Source: an uncultured virus (IMG/VR IMGVR_UViG_2061766007_000727)
Lineage: Duplodnaviria > Heunggongvirae > Uroviricota > Caudoviricetes
Strand: one strand, 5' to 3'
IMG/VR virus record: IMGVR_UViG_2061766007_000727
Length of the DNA: 64,000 nucleotides
Shown: positions 35,049 to 45,641 of the stretch, piece by piece
Position numbering within the stretch: position 1 is the first letter of the stretch
Layout of the letters: each line of letters starts with the position of its first letter
Program-made: the position numbers and the translations under genes
The notes under the pieces: model-generated
What the model was told of the DNA's origin: nothing
The model's database searches: none
Seen by the model: the letters and a program-made list of their open reading frames with translations, nothing else

Positions 35049-37523
35049 ATGGAATTTATAGCCACATCAAGTGTTGGGAGTGATGAAACCCAGAGTTTCG
35101 ATGTAAGAGATTACAAGGGAACATTCGGAGAGTTCGTTAAAGAAGTCTTGAAGTGCAAGTCCGAATGGGGTGAGTTTAATATAAAGAACACTGCTTGGTT
35201 TGTACCTTCAAGTTTTGAGTACAAGCACGGAGAGTTGCTGAATGAGATACCACAGGATTTGTTGGATAAAAAGATAGTGAAAGTCCAAGCAAGCGGTGGT
35301 TGGTCAAATATGGATTATTATTTATACTTGGAAGACTATGAAAGGATGAGTGAGAACAAGGCTGCGGAGATAGTATGGACAAACGAAACGAAAGCGGCAA
35401 AGATTGCGGAGATATGCAACTGCGGTATGACACACGATGCTTGGTACGATGATTTCAAGCGGTGCGCATTGGATGCGATGGAGTGGAAACAGAGTGAGAT
35501 TGAGAAGTGGTTGGAAGACAACATATACGATTATATGTACGATGATGATGACGATACCACTTGTATTGACATTCAAAAACTAATTAAGGATTTACGAAAA
35601 ACTTATTAGAGTTATGAAAACACAAGACAAAGAACTTTTAATAAAAGACCTTTGCGGTCGTTTGCCGTATGGAGTGAAAGTTCAAATGAACAGAGTTGGT
35701 GAATGGGATGGTGAAACAAAGCGTTTCGTTGTATCAAAAGAACTTACATTTGATGATGTAAAATCTTTTGCTGAAAATGGAGTTGTTTTAAGCATTAAAC
35801 CCTACTTGCGCCCAATGTCAAATATGACAAAGGAAGAAGCAAAAACTTTAGTCACCCTATGGGGAATCGAAGACTTTATATCATTGGACATCACAGAGGA
35901 ATATATAGGTGTCGTTTGTGACGATGGGTTCGGCAGTACAGTAACAACAGAGATATGGTATGACGGAGATATGTCGATTGAATGTTACGACTTTCTTAAC
36001 GCCCATCACTTTGATTATCGTGGTTTGATTCCTATGGGTTTGGCATTACCTGCACCAGATGGAATGTATAACTTTAAATAATAATAGATATGGAATGTTC
36101 AATTAACACATTATTAATAGCATTATTTTTTCTAATAGGTTTATTTGTTATAAACATCATTATATTCAAAATAAATTCTTTTTACGTGTTTTTCTATGAA
36201 CATAAAGAATTTGTAATGTGGAGAGAAATGCTTAAAAATGTAGATAAATTTCATTTTGAATATAAATGTGATGGTGTTTATACATTTAGAGACAATCAAT
36301 TTTATGCGTGTGTATGGAAAGATGGACTTTGTTCAATTCATAAAGATAATAATGGATGTATATTATCTTCATTTTATGAGAAAGCATCTAAACGTATGGC
36401 AAAATTATTAATGCAAAAAATATAAAACTATGGATACGATAGAGCAAAAAGCAAAGGAACTGATGAATAACTTTTCCGAGCAGGTGTTCATACACAATGT
36501 TGATGTGTATGGTGCGCTGATTGAGATGGGTGAGTGGTACGAAAAACGAATCAAAGATTATCTTGTTAAACGAGTTGAGAGCATCGATGATGAAGATGAC
36601 TTCAAGGAGAAACAGATTATAGGTGGAATATATAAAGACTTGTTTGAATGAAAGGATTGGAGATAATCGAATTGTCGCAGAGCGAGGCAGAGCCTTTGGT
36701 GCTTGCGGCAACAGGAAAGCCGTACTTTCTGTTGGTGGATGTGGAGAACGATGAGTTTCTTTCAAACGTGAAGGAAGGATTTGACTTGGGACACGTCTTT
36801 GAGTGGCTTGCTAACTATGCGAGGGAGAACAAGGAGTTCAAGACTGCGCTGACTGATTTTGTAATTGAATTGAGTAAGGAGTGTTAATAATTTAAAATTA
36901 TGGGACTTGATATTTATTGTAACAGATTGGTGAAAACACCACACTGTAGAGAATACCGTTTCCGTCTGTTGGATGAGGATGGCAACTATGACAATAGTGC
37001 TTTCCCCGAATGGACAAAGAGGTATGAGAAGAATGTAACCGAGAAATGGTATGATTGGGGTAAGTACAAAGAGCAGACAGGAGTTGATATAGAACGATAC
37101 AATATTTTCTGTGAGGAGTATGGTGAAAACGGACATATTTGGCAGATGTATCCGAAAGACAAGGAACCAGAGTATGAGCAACTTCACAAGAGACTGCATA
37201 ACGGAGAGTTTGCAAGCGGTGACGAATACAAACAAGCGTTAAACGAGTTGGTGATAACCATAAACGCGAAAGACGTACCGCTTAAAAAAGTGGTTACAAA
37301 ATGTATCTATTATAAAGAGGTCGGTTATCAGCGTAAGGGATTGAACAGTAAGTTCTATGAAGACTTTGATAATGGTAAGATAGAAGATTTAGTTTGGACT
37401 TTAGCGGAGTTGGAACGCTACAAAAAAGATTATTGTGATACAGATGAGGACAAACAATGTTTCCAAGAGAATATCATAAACAAGTTTGTAGAAGGTAAGT
37501 GTGTTGTAGAATTTAGTTGGTAG
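35049..37523 (+). CDS. hypothetical genes (35049, 35614 [paralog of 10018], 36090, 36430, 36648, 36900)
   Basis: ORF track; early promoter at 34990-34997. Confidence 0.75.
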
Positions 37524-37525
37524 GT

Positions 37526-37891
37526 ATGAAAGCAGAAGACAAGGAGTTGTTGGTTAGAGCGATATGCGGTTATCTACCGTATGGCTTGGAAGTAAACTAT
37601 GACAACGAGATATGTGATTGTGTAGGTTATGTTCACGGAAAGGTTATTCTCACCAAGAAGTTCAGTTCGGTATCATTCGGAGTTGATGTAGAGAAAGTGA
37701 AACCATATTTGAGACCGTTGTTAAGTATGACGGAGGAAGAAATTGAATACGAAATCAAAATCCGTGAATCTTTAGCAAAGTGCATTGATTGGTGCAATCA
37801 AAAACGCTTTGATTGGAGAGGTTTGATTTCAATGGGATTAGGAATTGATTGTACAGGATTAAATATTTATGAAAATGAAAAATCTATATGA
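37526..37891 (+). CDS. PYLRP-family paralog 3, with its C-terminus replaced by the HNH insertion
   Basis: LLVRAICGYLPYG...PYLRPLLSMTEEE...FDWRGLISMGL, then a divergent tail. Confidence 0.75.
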   Translation: MKAEDKELLVRAICGYLPYGLEVNYDNEICDCVGYVHGKVILTKKFSSVSFGVDVEKVKPYLRPLLSMTEEEIEYEIKIRESLAKCIDWCNQKRFDWRGLISMGLGIDCTGLNIYENEKSI

Positions 37892-38696
37892 TACATTAAA
37901 AGAAATATCCTCGTTAGATGAAATCTGGTTACCTTTTAAACAATGTAATAATATCTATTACAGTGTAAGTAATAAAGGACGATTTTCATCTGGAACAAGC
38001 ATAAATCCAAAAAAACATAAAGGAAGAGGATGGAAAGTAAAAATTATATCTCCTTATGCAAATAAAAAAGGATATATGCTTGTCAGAACAAGAGAAAATG
38101 GAATCACAAAATATTACCAACTACATAGGATTGTTTTATCAATTTTTAGTCCGTGTAATAATATGGAAATATTACAAGTCAACCATATAGATGGTAATAA
38201 ATCAAACAATAATTTGAATAATCTTGAATGGTGTACTTGTAAAGAAAATATTGACCATGCTATAAGAACTGGGTTGATAAATTTAACTAAAAAAGTTTAT
38301 CAGTATGATTTAAATGGCAATTTCATAAAGGAGTTTGAATCTATTACACAAGCAGAAAAAGAAACATCTGTATTTGGAGTTAATATTATTGCGTGTTGTA
38401 GAGATAAAGTTAGGCAAGCAGGCGGTTATCAATGGAGGTACTTCAAGCAAGATAAAATTGCAAAAGCACGAAACAAAAAAGTTGCAGAAGATTTAAAAAC
38501 TCGTTATTGCAAAACAGTTATTGCTATACAAAACAACATTGCGGTACATCGGTTTAATTCTGTATTAGAAGCATCAGTCTTTATTGGAAAGTCACATGCC
38601 GATGTGAATATTTCGGCTTGTGCATTAGGTAAAAGAAAAAGTGCTCATGGCTATTCGTGGAAATACGCAATAGAAGCACCGAAAGATATGTACTAA
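37869..38696 (+). mobile_element. free-standing HNH homing endonuclease (NUMOD4-HNH-NUMOD1 architecture)
   Basis: YSVSNKGR, LHRIV...QVNHIDGNKSNNNLNNLEWCT..ENI, and two VYQY/FESITQA...GGYQW-type repeats; AT-rich. Confidence 0.92.
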
Positions 38697-38709
38697 AATT
38701 TAAAGAGTT

Positions 38710-40589
38710 ATGAAACAATTAAGGAACAAAACCGCAAACAGACTAACGTTTGCCGATGTCACGGGCAACTACGAGGAAACAAAGACCATTGAGAGCAAGA
38801 GTGAGAGTGGCACTATAACCACCAATGCGACAGACGGAGAAACGAAGTACGTGAAACCAATCTACCACACAGGATATGTGTTTGAAGTAGAAAAGAAACT
38901 TGTGGTGGCAAGTTCTATGGCGAATGCGATAGCGTTGTACTGTGCGGAGAAGCGTTGCAAAGAAACAGATGTTACCAACGTTAAAAGATTAGGAATTGAT
39001 ATAACAACAACTTATGGTTGTGGAGGAACAGATTATGATGCTATAATTGAAGGGTGATTATGAGAACGGAAGAATTGAGAATAGGGAATTTGGTGATGAA
39101 CAAACAATCAAATAACCCACATAAAATAACACACCAAGACATTTATTCACTTGTGGAAGGTATGTTAAATAAAAGCGTTTTTGAACCCATCAAACTGTCT
39201 GTTGAAATCGTTGAGAAGAACTTTAAGAAAAGTGACAGATTCAAGGGATTTTGGGAGTTGGGTAAACTTTACAGTATCACTGAAAATAGTAACTACGGAT
39301 TCATCTTGTGTACGTTGGATATGGATGAGTTCGGTGGTGGATATTATGTACCCTGCATACCTTGCACCTATTTTCACGAATTACAAAATTTGTTAGTTGA
39401 TTTAAGAATAGATAAAAAGATTAAGTTATGACAACGGATGACATAAAGTATATGCAGATAATGCTCGTTGACAACGAAGGTAAGGGTTATCTAACCAAGA
39501 CTGACGATAGCATACTGATAAAGATGATTGTGTCAATGTGCAAGTTCGTTGAGTTGAAGGGAAAGTTAGAAGAAATATCAATAGGTGAACTAATTAAGTG
39601 AAAAGAGTTATGAGAATCATTATTTACACAGACAGGGAAACCCAAAAGGTTAGAAGGGTTGAGACAAGATTCCCCAACAGTATCACGGATGATGAACTGA
39701 AAAAGAGAGTTGAGGAGTACAACAACAATGAGAGCAACCGATGGTCTGTCGAAATCGTTGATGTTGACGGATTGGTGTGCGAGGCGTTCAAGTTCCTGCT
39801 TGGGGAGGATGAGTACCGCACCACACACGAACTGACTGATTTGAAGGGTTGGTTTGAGGAGTTGAATCAGCGCATAGAGGAACTTGATGATGCGAGGTCG
39901 GATATTGAGTACGACATTAGGCAGATGATTAGAAGAATTGAGGAGAAGGAATTATGAAAGATTTGTTGAGATTCTTGTGGTTTGTGATAACATTGGCAGC
40001 ACCTTCAATATTAATGGTTTTACCTTTAGGTTCATTATTCAATGCGTTTGGAATACAATTCAGTATGAAAGAAACGTGGTGGATTTGTGTTTCTGTGGTA
40101 TTTGTTATCACCATTATAACAATAATGGTTTGCAGTTTGATTTGCATTTTCAAATCATTCAAGGATGATTGAGTTTTAAACGATATTTCCCTAAAAGAAT
40201 ATTTTTGAGAAGCGAACCCTAAAAAGTTCGCTTTTTTATTTGGAAGTAATAAAAAATGTATTACTTTTGCCGATGTGATAAACAAAACAGATGTTGAACA
40301 ATTTAAATTTAGAGTTATGAAAGTGAAAATTTTTGAGTTTAGGGTTTCAATCGGTAATGGTTCAAATCTTACAGGTGCGGAGGGTTGCTGGGCGAAAAAT
40401 TGGGATGACAACGCTCACAAACTCACTCCGACAAAACAACAGGAGAAGGAGATAAACAAGTTTCTTGAGAAAGTTGAAAAGGATGGTGGAGAGGTTGTAA
40501 ACATAAACGAGAATGTTTACACATATTCACACCACAACAACGGAGGTTGTGATTCGGTGATTGTGAGATACACAATCATCTACAAATGA
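38710..40589 (+). CDS. hypothetical genes (38710, 39060, 39610, 39954 2-TM, 40317-40589)
   Basis: ORF track; early cassette at 40210-40316. Confidence 0.7.
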
Positions 40590-40596
40590 AACGTTG

Positions 40597-40606
40597 TTAT
40601 ATATTA
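40597..40606 (+). promoter_or_regulatory. putative late promoter TTATATATTA
   Basis: Motif heads the 40640-42961 operon. Confidence 0.6.
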
Positions 40607-40639
40607 TAGTTAGATTTTAATATCTAAATTTTAAATGAT

Positions 40640-40984
40640 ATGAATTTAAATAAATTAATGAAAGTTAACGATAGCAGTTTTGATGTACAAGCAAGACAGA
40701 ATGAAATTGATTACATTAAGGGTGTTGTTGCTATGGCAAATGAAATGTTTGATATGGGTGATTACAATGATTTGGAAGGTGAAATAAAAGCATTTCTAAA
40801 AGAAAAGGGTTTTAAATATGCAGGTGATGCGTATCTTGCAGGTAATGGCAGATGTTACGTGTGGGTTTTAAAAGAAAACAAATTAGGTGATTTTGGAATT
40901 ATGTATAACGTAGAATATAATTGGCATTATCCAAAAGTATGTGATTTCTCTTTTACATCAAATGCAGAAATGTGGATAGAATAA
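40640..40984 (+). CDS. MNL-leader protein (MNLNKLMKVND)
   Basis: Shared leader pattern. Confidence 0.7.
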   Translation: MNLNKLMKVNDSSFDVQARQNEIDYIKGVVAMANEMFDMGDYNDLEGEIKAFLKEKGFKYAGDAYLAGNGRCYVWVLKENKLGDFGIMYNVEYNWHYPKVCDFSFTSNAEMWIE

Positions 40985-41015
40985 ATAAAATATTTAACAA
41001 TTTTAATATTATACT

Positions 41016-41432
41016 ATGAATCTTAAAGAAATTACAAAGAAACAGAAACTCGCTGACGCAAAGCAGCAGAGGGTTGAGGACTTTATGAGAAGTGGCGGTA
41101 GCGGAAACCTTCGTACTTCTTTGTTCGGCAGAAAAGACGAGGTTGTTACAAAAGAAATGGAGAAGGAGTTTAAAGAAACAGTAACAGACGCTCTTTTGAA
41201 TGAGGAGATATGGGGTGTGAATGGTCAAGAGTATAAGAACAAGCAGGTTATGGAGTTTTACGTGAAATTCCCAGACGCAGTGACGGTTGGAAAGGTTGAT
41301 GCCTTGCTTGCGAAAGTTGACTACAACAAGGAAACCCACGTGTTCACCGCTTTGTACAGACCGAAAGATGGTAAATGGGGACAAGCGGTAGCGACAGGTA
41401 AGAAGTTGGGTAAGAAATTAGGACAACATTAA
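41016..41432 (+). CDS. MNLK-leader protein (MNLKEITKKQKLAD)
   Basis: Shared leader pattern. Confidence 0.7.
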   Translation: MNLKEITKKQKLADAKQQRVEDFMRSGGSGNLRTSLFGRKDEVVTKEMEKEFKETVTDALLNEEIWGVNGQEYKNKQVMEFYVKFPDAVTVGKVDALLAKVDYNKETHVFTALYRPKDGKWGQAVATGKKLGKKLGQH

Positions 41433-41464
41433 TTGAATTGTTTAACAATATAAATACTAAAGTT

Positions 41465-41854
41465 ATGAGTTATTCTTATAGAGAAGCGGTCAAAGAAGAT
41501 ATTAAGAATTATCTTATTGACAATCAAATCAAGTGGTCTGCTGATACAAGGGATGATGTAGAGCAAGATTTAAACGATGATTTATGGGCGGAAGATTCTG
41601 TCACGGGTAATGGTAGCGGATATTATGACGATGCCGCTTATGACCATATACACGGTGATTATGATGCAATGGATTTGGTTCGTGAGTGTGTATCGGATTT
41701 TGGTATTGAAGCGGAAACTATTGCTGAAAAATTCTTGGAAGAAGATTGGAGTTATTGGGATGTTACCATTCGTTGCTATCTTTTAGGTCAAGAAATAGGA
41801 GAGGCAATGGATGAGATTGAACAAGAGAATCCTTATGATTGGAACGAAGAATAA
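41465..41854 (+). CDS. highly acidic protein, possible Ocr-like DNA mimic
   Basis: D/E-rich; loose by-eye resemblance to T7 gp0.3 (Y.E.VKE.I..D...DL.D...YY...IR.Y.L...E). Confidence 0.45.
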   Translation: MSYSYREAVKEDIKNYLIDNQIKWSADTRDDVEQDLNDDLWAEDSVTGNGSGYYDDAAYDHIHGDYDAMDLVRECVSDFGIEAETIAEKFLEEDWSYWDVTIRCYLLGQEIGEAMDEIEQENPYDWNEE

Positions 41855-41867
41855 AAACATAAAGGTT

Positions 41868-42184
41868 ATGGATTTAGCAGATATTTGGGATTATCTCGTA
41901 GATATGGGGATAGCCACAGACGATGAGATTAAGTTGGTTACTGACATTAATGGTTTGACAAAGGAAACTCTTAATGACATTATTTATGCAAGGACAGGAT
42001 ACCACAGTATCGAACAACTTCAAGATGAAATAGAAGCCGAATAATAATTTGATTTATTATGCAGAGTAACAAATTAAATAAGAGCCTTACGAAGACTTGC
42101 ACCACCGCAAAGAAAATCAGCAAATCGTTGGTTGACTATCAACGCACAGGCAAGACGAAGGCTGAACGTGGATTGAAAAAATAA
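41868..42184 (+). CDS. two small genes: acidic 41868-42044 and basic 41-aa 42059-42184
   Basis: Open frames with ATG in AT-rich context. Confidence 0.55.
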
Positions 42185-42212
42185 ATGTTTAACAATTAAA
42201 ATATTTTGAGTT

Positions 42213-42961
42213 ATGGATGCAACTGAATTATTATGTGCGGTTTTAGGTGATTGCGGATACGCTGACATTGAGCCTATGTTTGGTGATATGGATGGTGATT
42301 TGATTTACGATGCTATTGATATGTGTAAAGACAATGGCGGAGATTTATCTGCAAACGGAATTTGGTATGAAGCAATATATAGCGCAATATGCCAAGTTTT
42401 CGGTGATGAGTATGTAGATGGTTTTGAAATTTATCCGAACTGTATGGCATCATCAGTGTCTGTTTACGATGACGTTAAAGCACAAATTGAAGACTTTGAT
42501 GAGAAAGTCAAGGAGTTTGAGCAGTTGACAGGTCAGCCTTTGAATTGGTAGAATTTTTTTTAACGTGGACTGAAAAAAATAAGTATTTAACAATTTAAAA
42601 AGATAGAGTTATGGGAACAAATGTTTGTGAAATAATAGCGGAACGTCTGTTAGAAACAGATGTGGTTTATATTAAAGATACGTTGGACGGAATCGAACCT
42701 TCAATATTAAATGATGCAGTTGCAAGAGTTAAAGAAATGAATCAAGGTACGTGGGATTTATCTTTACGAGACATTTGGGAAGAAGCAATGTGGGTTGCTT
42801 TGGAAAAGGTGTTTGGTGACGATTATGGCTCATTTGGTTTAGGCAATGAAAACTCATATAATGTTTGGGCTTACGAAAGTGATTTGGAAGGTATTGAAAA
42901 CCTTGATGAAAAAATTGCCGAGTTTGAAGATTTGACTGATTTTAGAATTAGTTTGTATTAG
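42213..42961 (+). CDS. tandem paralogous acidic proteins (42213-42551, 42611-42961)
   Basis: Shared IW.EA...VFGD.Y..F...DEK..EFE.LT motifs; duplicated intergenic sequence. Confidence 0.8.
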
Positions 42962-43029
42962 AGAATCTTTTTTTAACGTGTATAAAGTGGTGAGACCCTA
43001 ATCGGTGAGAATCGGTTGGGGTTTTGCTT

Positions 43030-43040
43030 TTATATATTAG
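43030..43040 (+). promoter_or_regulatory. putative late promoter TTATATATTAG
   Basis: Exact motif, after a terminator hairpin and before the neck genes. Confidence 0.7.
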
Positions 43041-43055
43041 AGAAATAGACTTACA

Positions 43056-43892
43056 ATGATACTTGACGAGCGCAGAAAGACGGTTAACAGATTCATGGTG
43101 GGTATGGCGGACATCCAACTCGCACATAACGCACTCGCATCGGAGATTATACTGATATACAACGAACTATCCGTTGACCATTACCAAGATAGCCTAATAG
43201 CCGAAGTAGAGCGTTGCAAGAAACTCGCCATCTTCCGCAAGAAGGATGATATGAACTTCGTGCCGCAGGAGGACTTCAACTACAAGGAGGAACTTGTGGA
43301 GGACACCGACAATATTCCGTATGAGGTTCTGCTCACCGCCACAGGCTTGCCACGTATGCCGAGAAAAGATGATATGGTACTGAATGATGGTGTTCTCTAT
43401 TCAGTCCACCACGTCAAGCCAATCAATCGTGACTACAAGGGTTTGTGGCAACTGATAGTGTACCCAGAGCGCACCACGTTCATAGACACTCTGCATATAT
43501 ACAAGGCACTTCTTCTCAATCCGAAGAATCTGTTTCCGATACACGATATAATGGAATATCTGAACGAGGAAGATGAAGTCATTGAGCAACCTATAGGTTT
43601 AGGAATGGGTTTGGGTGCAACGTTAGGTTCGACAGACGGAAGTGTTACACCGATAGACGAGCCGAGTGATGGTGAGCCTGCTGACGAGCCGACAGAGCCG
43701 AGCGGTGATGTCAAGACGAAGGATGTGATAGTGGATTTCGTGTGGGGTGGCAAGCCAGAGTTTCTGTCGCTTGACAAGACGAAGACTTGGATTCCGTTTG
43801 AATCGAGGATAAAGATTGAGATGTCAACAAACAACATACACCCTATTCTTTATGTGAAGGGTAATTTGGAGGTAATACAAGTTAGGTTATGA
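43056..43892 (+). CDS. putative head-closure/neck protein (gp14-like)
   Basis: PRKDDMVLNDGVLYSVHHV beta-barrel pattern; position upstream of the tail module. Confidence 0.5.
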   Translation: MILDERRKTVNRFMVGMADIQLAHNALASEIILIYNELSVDHYQDSLIAEVERCKKLAIFRKKDDMNFVPQEDFNYKEELVEDTDNIPYEVLLTATGLPRMPRKDDMVLNDGVLYSVHHVKPINRDYKGLWQLIVYPERTTFIDTLHIYKALLLNPKNLFPIHDIMEYLNEEDEVIEQPIGLGMGLGATLGSTDGSVTPIDEPSDGEPADEPTEPSGDVKTKDVIVDFVWGGKPEFLSLDKTKTWIPFESRIKIEMSTNNIHPILYVKGNLEVIQVRL

Positions 43893-44494
43893 TTTATAGT
43901 TACGAGGCTGGCATATTAGGATTGGTGAACGCAATAGTACCGCAGATAAAGATTGCGACATACGCAAGCGAGGACAACGTGTTTGAGTTGATGCGACCTG
44001 TGACGAAGTTCCCTGCGTTCTATTACTCAAGGGGCAGCACCGAATGGACGCTCAACAAGCGTATGCCCATTAGGTGCGGAACGGAGAGTGCGGTGTTCGT
44101 ACCCTACGAGCAGACATACACGGGTAGGATTCTTGTGGAGAATCAAGGGCAGGCTATCAAGTTGGCGAGTGCCATTAGGTTCGGCATAGCCAAACATCCG
44201 TACATAACGATAGACTTTCCGAAGGAGGGTGAGCCGTTGGATGTGCAGGTTAGGCTGACATCGATAAGCATAGGCGAGGAACGCTCACAGGAGAGCGATA
44301 AGGGTGCGTTGCGGTATGTTGAGTTCAAGTGGCAAAGTCAGTTGTTTATGTGCGACTACGATGACGCATACTACGATGGCAAGTTGGTTGAGAAGATTAA
44401 CATTTGGGTTAATCCGAAGGGACTTACCGAAGCACAGATATACGATGAGGACGGAGTGTTTGTTTCGATTCCATTGACACCGATAAATATTTAG
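43889..44494 (+). CDS. putative tail terminator/completion protein (gp15-like)
   Basis: FPAFYYSR...PYEQTY pattern and synteny. Confidence 0.5.
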   Translation: MIYSYEAGILGLVNAIVPQIKIATYASEDNVFELMRPVTKFPAFYYSRGSTEWTLNKRMPIRCGTESAVFVPYEQTYTGRILVENQGQAIKLASAIRFGIAKHPYITIDFPKEGEPLDVQVRLTSISIGEERSQESDKGALRYVEFKWQSQLFMCDYDDAYYDGKLVEKINIWVNPKGLTEAQIYDEDGVFVSIPLTPINI

Positions 44495-44526
44495 GGGAGA
44501 ATATTTGGAAGTAATAAAAACTTTGC

Positions 44527-44662
44527 TACTTTTGCAGAGTAGAAAATAATGAAGGTATTGAATGGGTAACGGCAGACAATATCGGAATTGAAGATAATAA
44601 GGTTTAAATAACCGAAGAACTTGTGGTTTGATGTCCGTTACCATCAGGCTACAAGTTTTTTG
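44527..44662 (+). promoter_or_regulatory. host-type promoter, 6-codon uORF and alternative terminator/antiterminator
   Basis: TACTTTTG 44527; uORF 44549-44569; 16-bp hairpin 44618-44657+T run whose loop pairs with 44565-44572. Confidence 0.45.
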
Positions 44663-44697
44663 TTTTGTATATGTTTAACAATTAAAATATAACGAAT

Positions 44698-45585
44698 ATG
44701 AATATTAAAGATATGAGTACCATAAATGATGGTAAGAACAAGAACAAAAAGAAAGCGCAAGTTCCACAAACTAACGAACAATCTCAAGAACAACCCACGT
44801 TCTTTAGAAAAATAATGATGTATCAAAAATACTTTAAAGAGTTTTTTGATGAGTGTCCTGCCGATGTGCAAAAGGAGTATAATGAGAAATTCAAGATGAT
44901 AGAAACAACCAAAGGTTTCATTCCAATAAACGCTTTTAAACAACTGCAAGGACATAAAGGATTGTATGAGATTAGAATATCCACAAAAGATAATATTTAT
45001 CGTACATTCACAACCTTTGACAAGGGTAATATTATTGTGTTATATAACAGTATTATAAAGAAAACCCAAAAGACACCCAAGCAAGCGTTGGAGAATGCGG
45101 AAAGATTGCGTAAGGAATATGGCGGAGACCAATCAAAACTAACGCAATTCATAGTTAAGGACAGTCTTGAGGACAACCTTGAGAATGATGCGGCAATAGA
45201 GATTGCGGAACAGTTGTATCAAGATTTCAAGAATGGGAAGGGGAAAGTCTATGATATAGATTTTATGGATATTGAGAACGCACAGAAAGTAAAGGATTCC
45301 CAATGGAGAACAGGTTTTCCGAGAGGTTGCGGTCTTTACGCAGAAACAAGGTGCTATTATCAAGATGACCAAATGATTGATTGTGATGTTTTTGTTCAGT
45401 TCGGTTACAAGTCGGATGTGGAAAATGAAACAATTACCGAAACAAAGAACGGCATTACAACCATAACACAGACTGCCGAGTTTTTTACTCGTTATGAGGA
45501 GGAGATGGATAATTGGATTGATGAGTTTGTGTTTCAAATAAAAAAGGAATACGGTGTAAATTGTAATGTGGAGTATTGGTATTAA
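44698..45585 (+). CDS. MN(I)K-leader multidomain protein containing a RelE/HigB (Gp49-like) toxin domain
   Basis: GLYEIRI...NIYRTF..FDKGNIIVLYNS.IKKTQKTPK..LE.A.RLRKEY; VKD motifs at the domain boundaries. Confidence 0.8.
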   Translation: MNIKDMSTINDGKNKNKKKAQVPQTNEQSQEQPTFFRKIMMYQKYFKEFFDECPADVQKEYNEKFKMIETTKGFIPINAFKQLQGHKGLYEIRISTKDNIYRTFTTFDKGNIIVLYNSIIKKTQKTPKQALENAERLRKEYGGDQSKLTQFIVKDSLEDNLENDAAIEIAEQLYQDFKNGKGKVYDIDFMDIENAQKVKDSQWRTGFPRGCGLYAETRCYYQDDQMIDCDVFVQFGYKSDVENETITETKNGITTITQTAEFFTRYEEEMDNWIDEFVFQIKKEYGVNCNVEYWY

Positions 45586-45641
45586 AATTTGATTGGTAGT
45601 TATATATTATAGTAGTTATTAACAATTAAAAATTTGTAATT

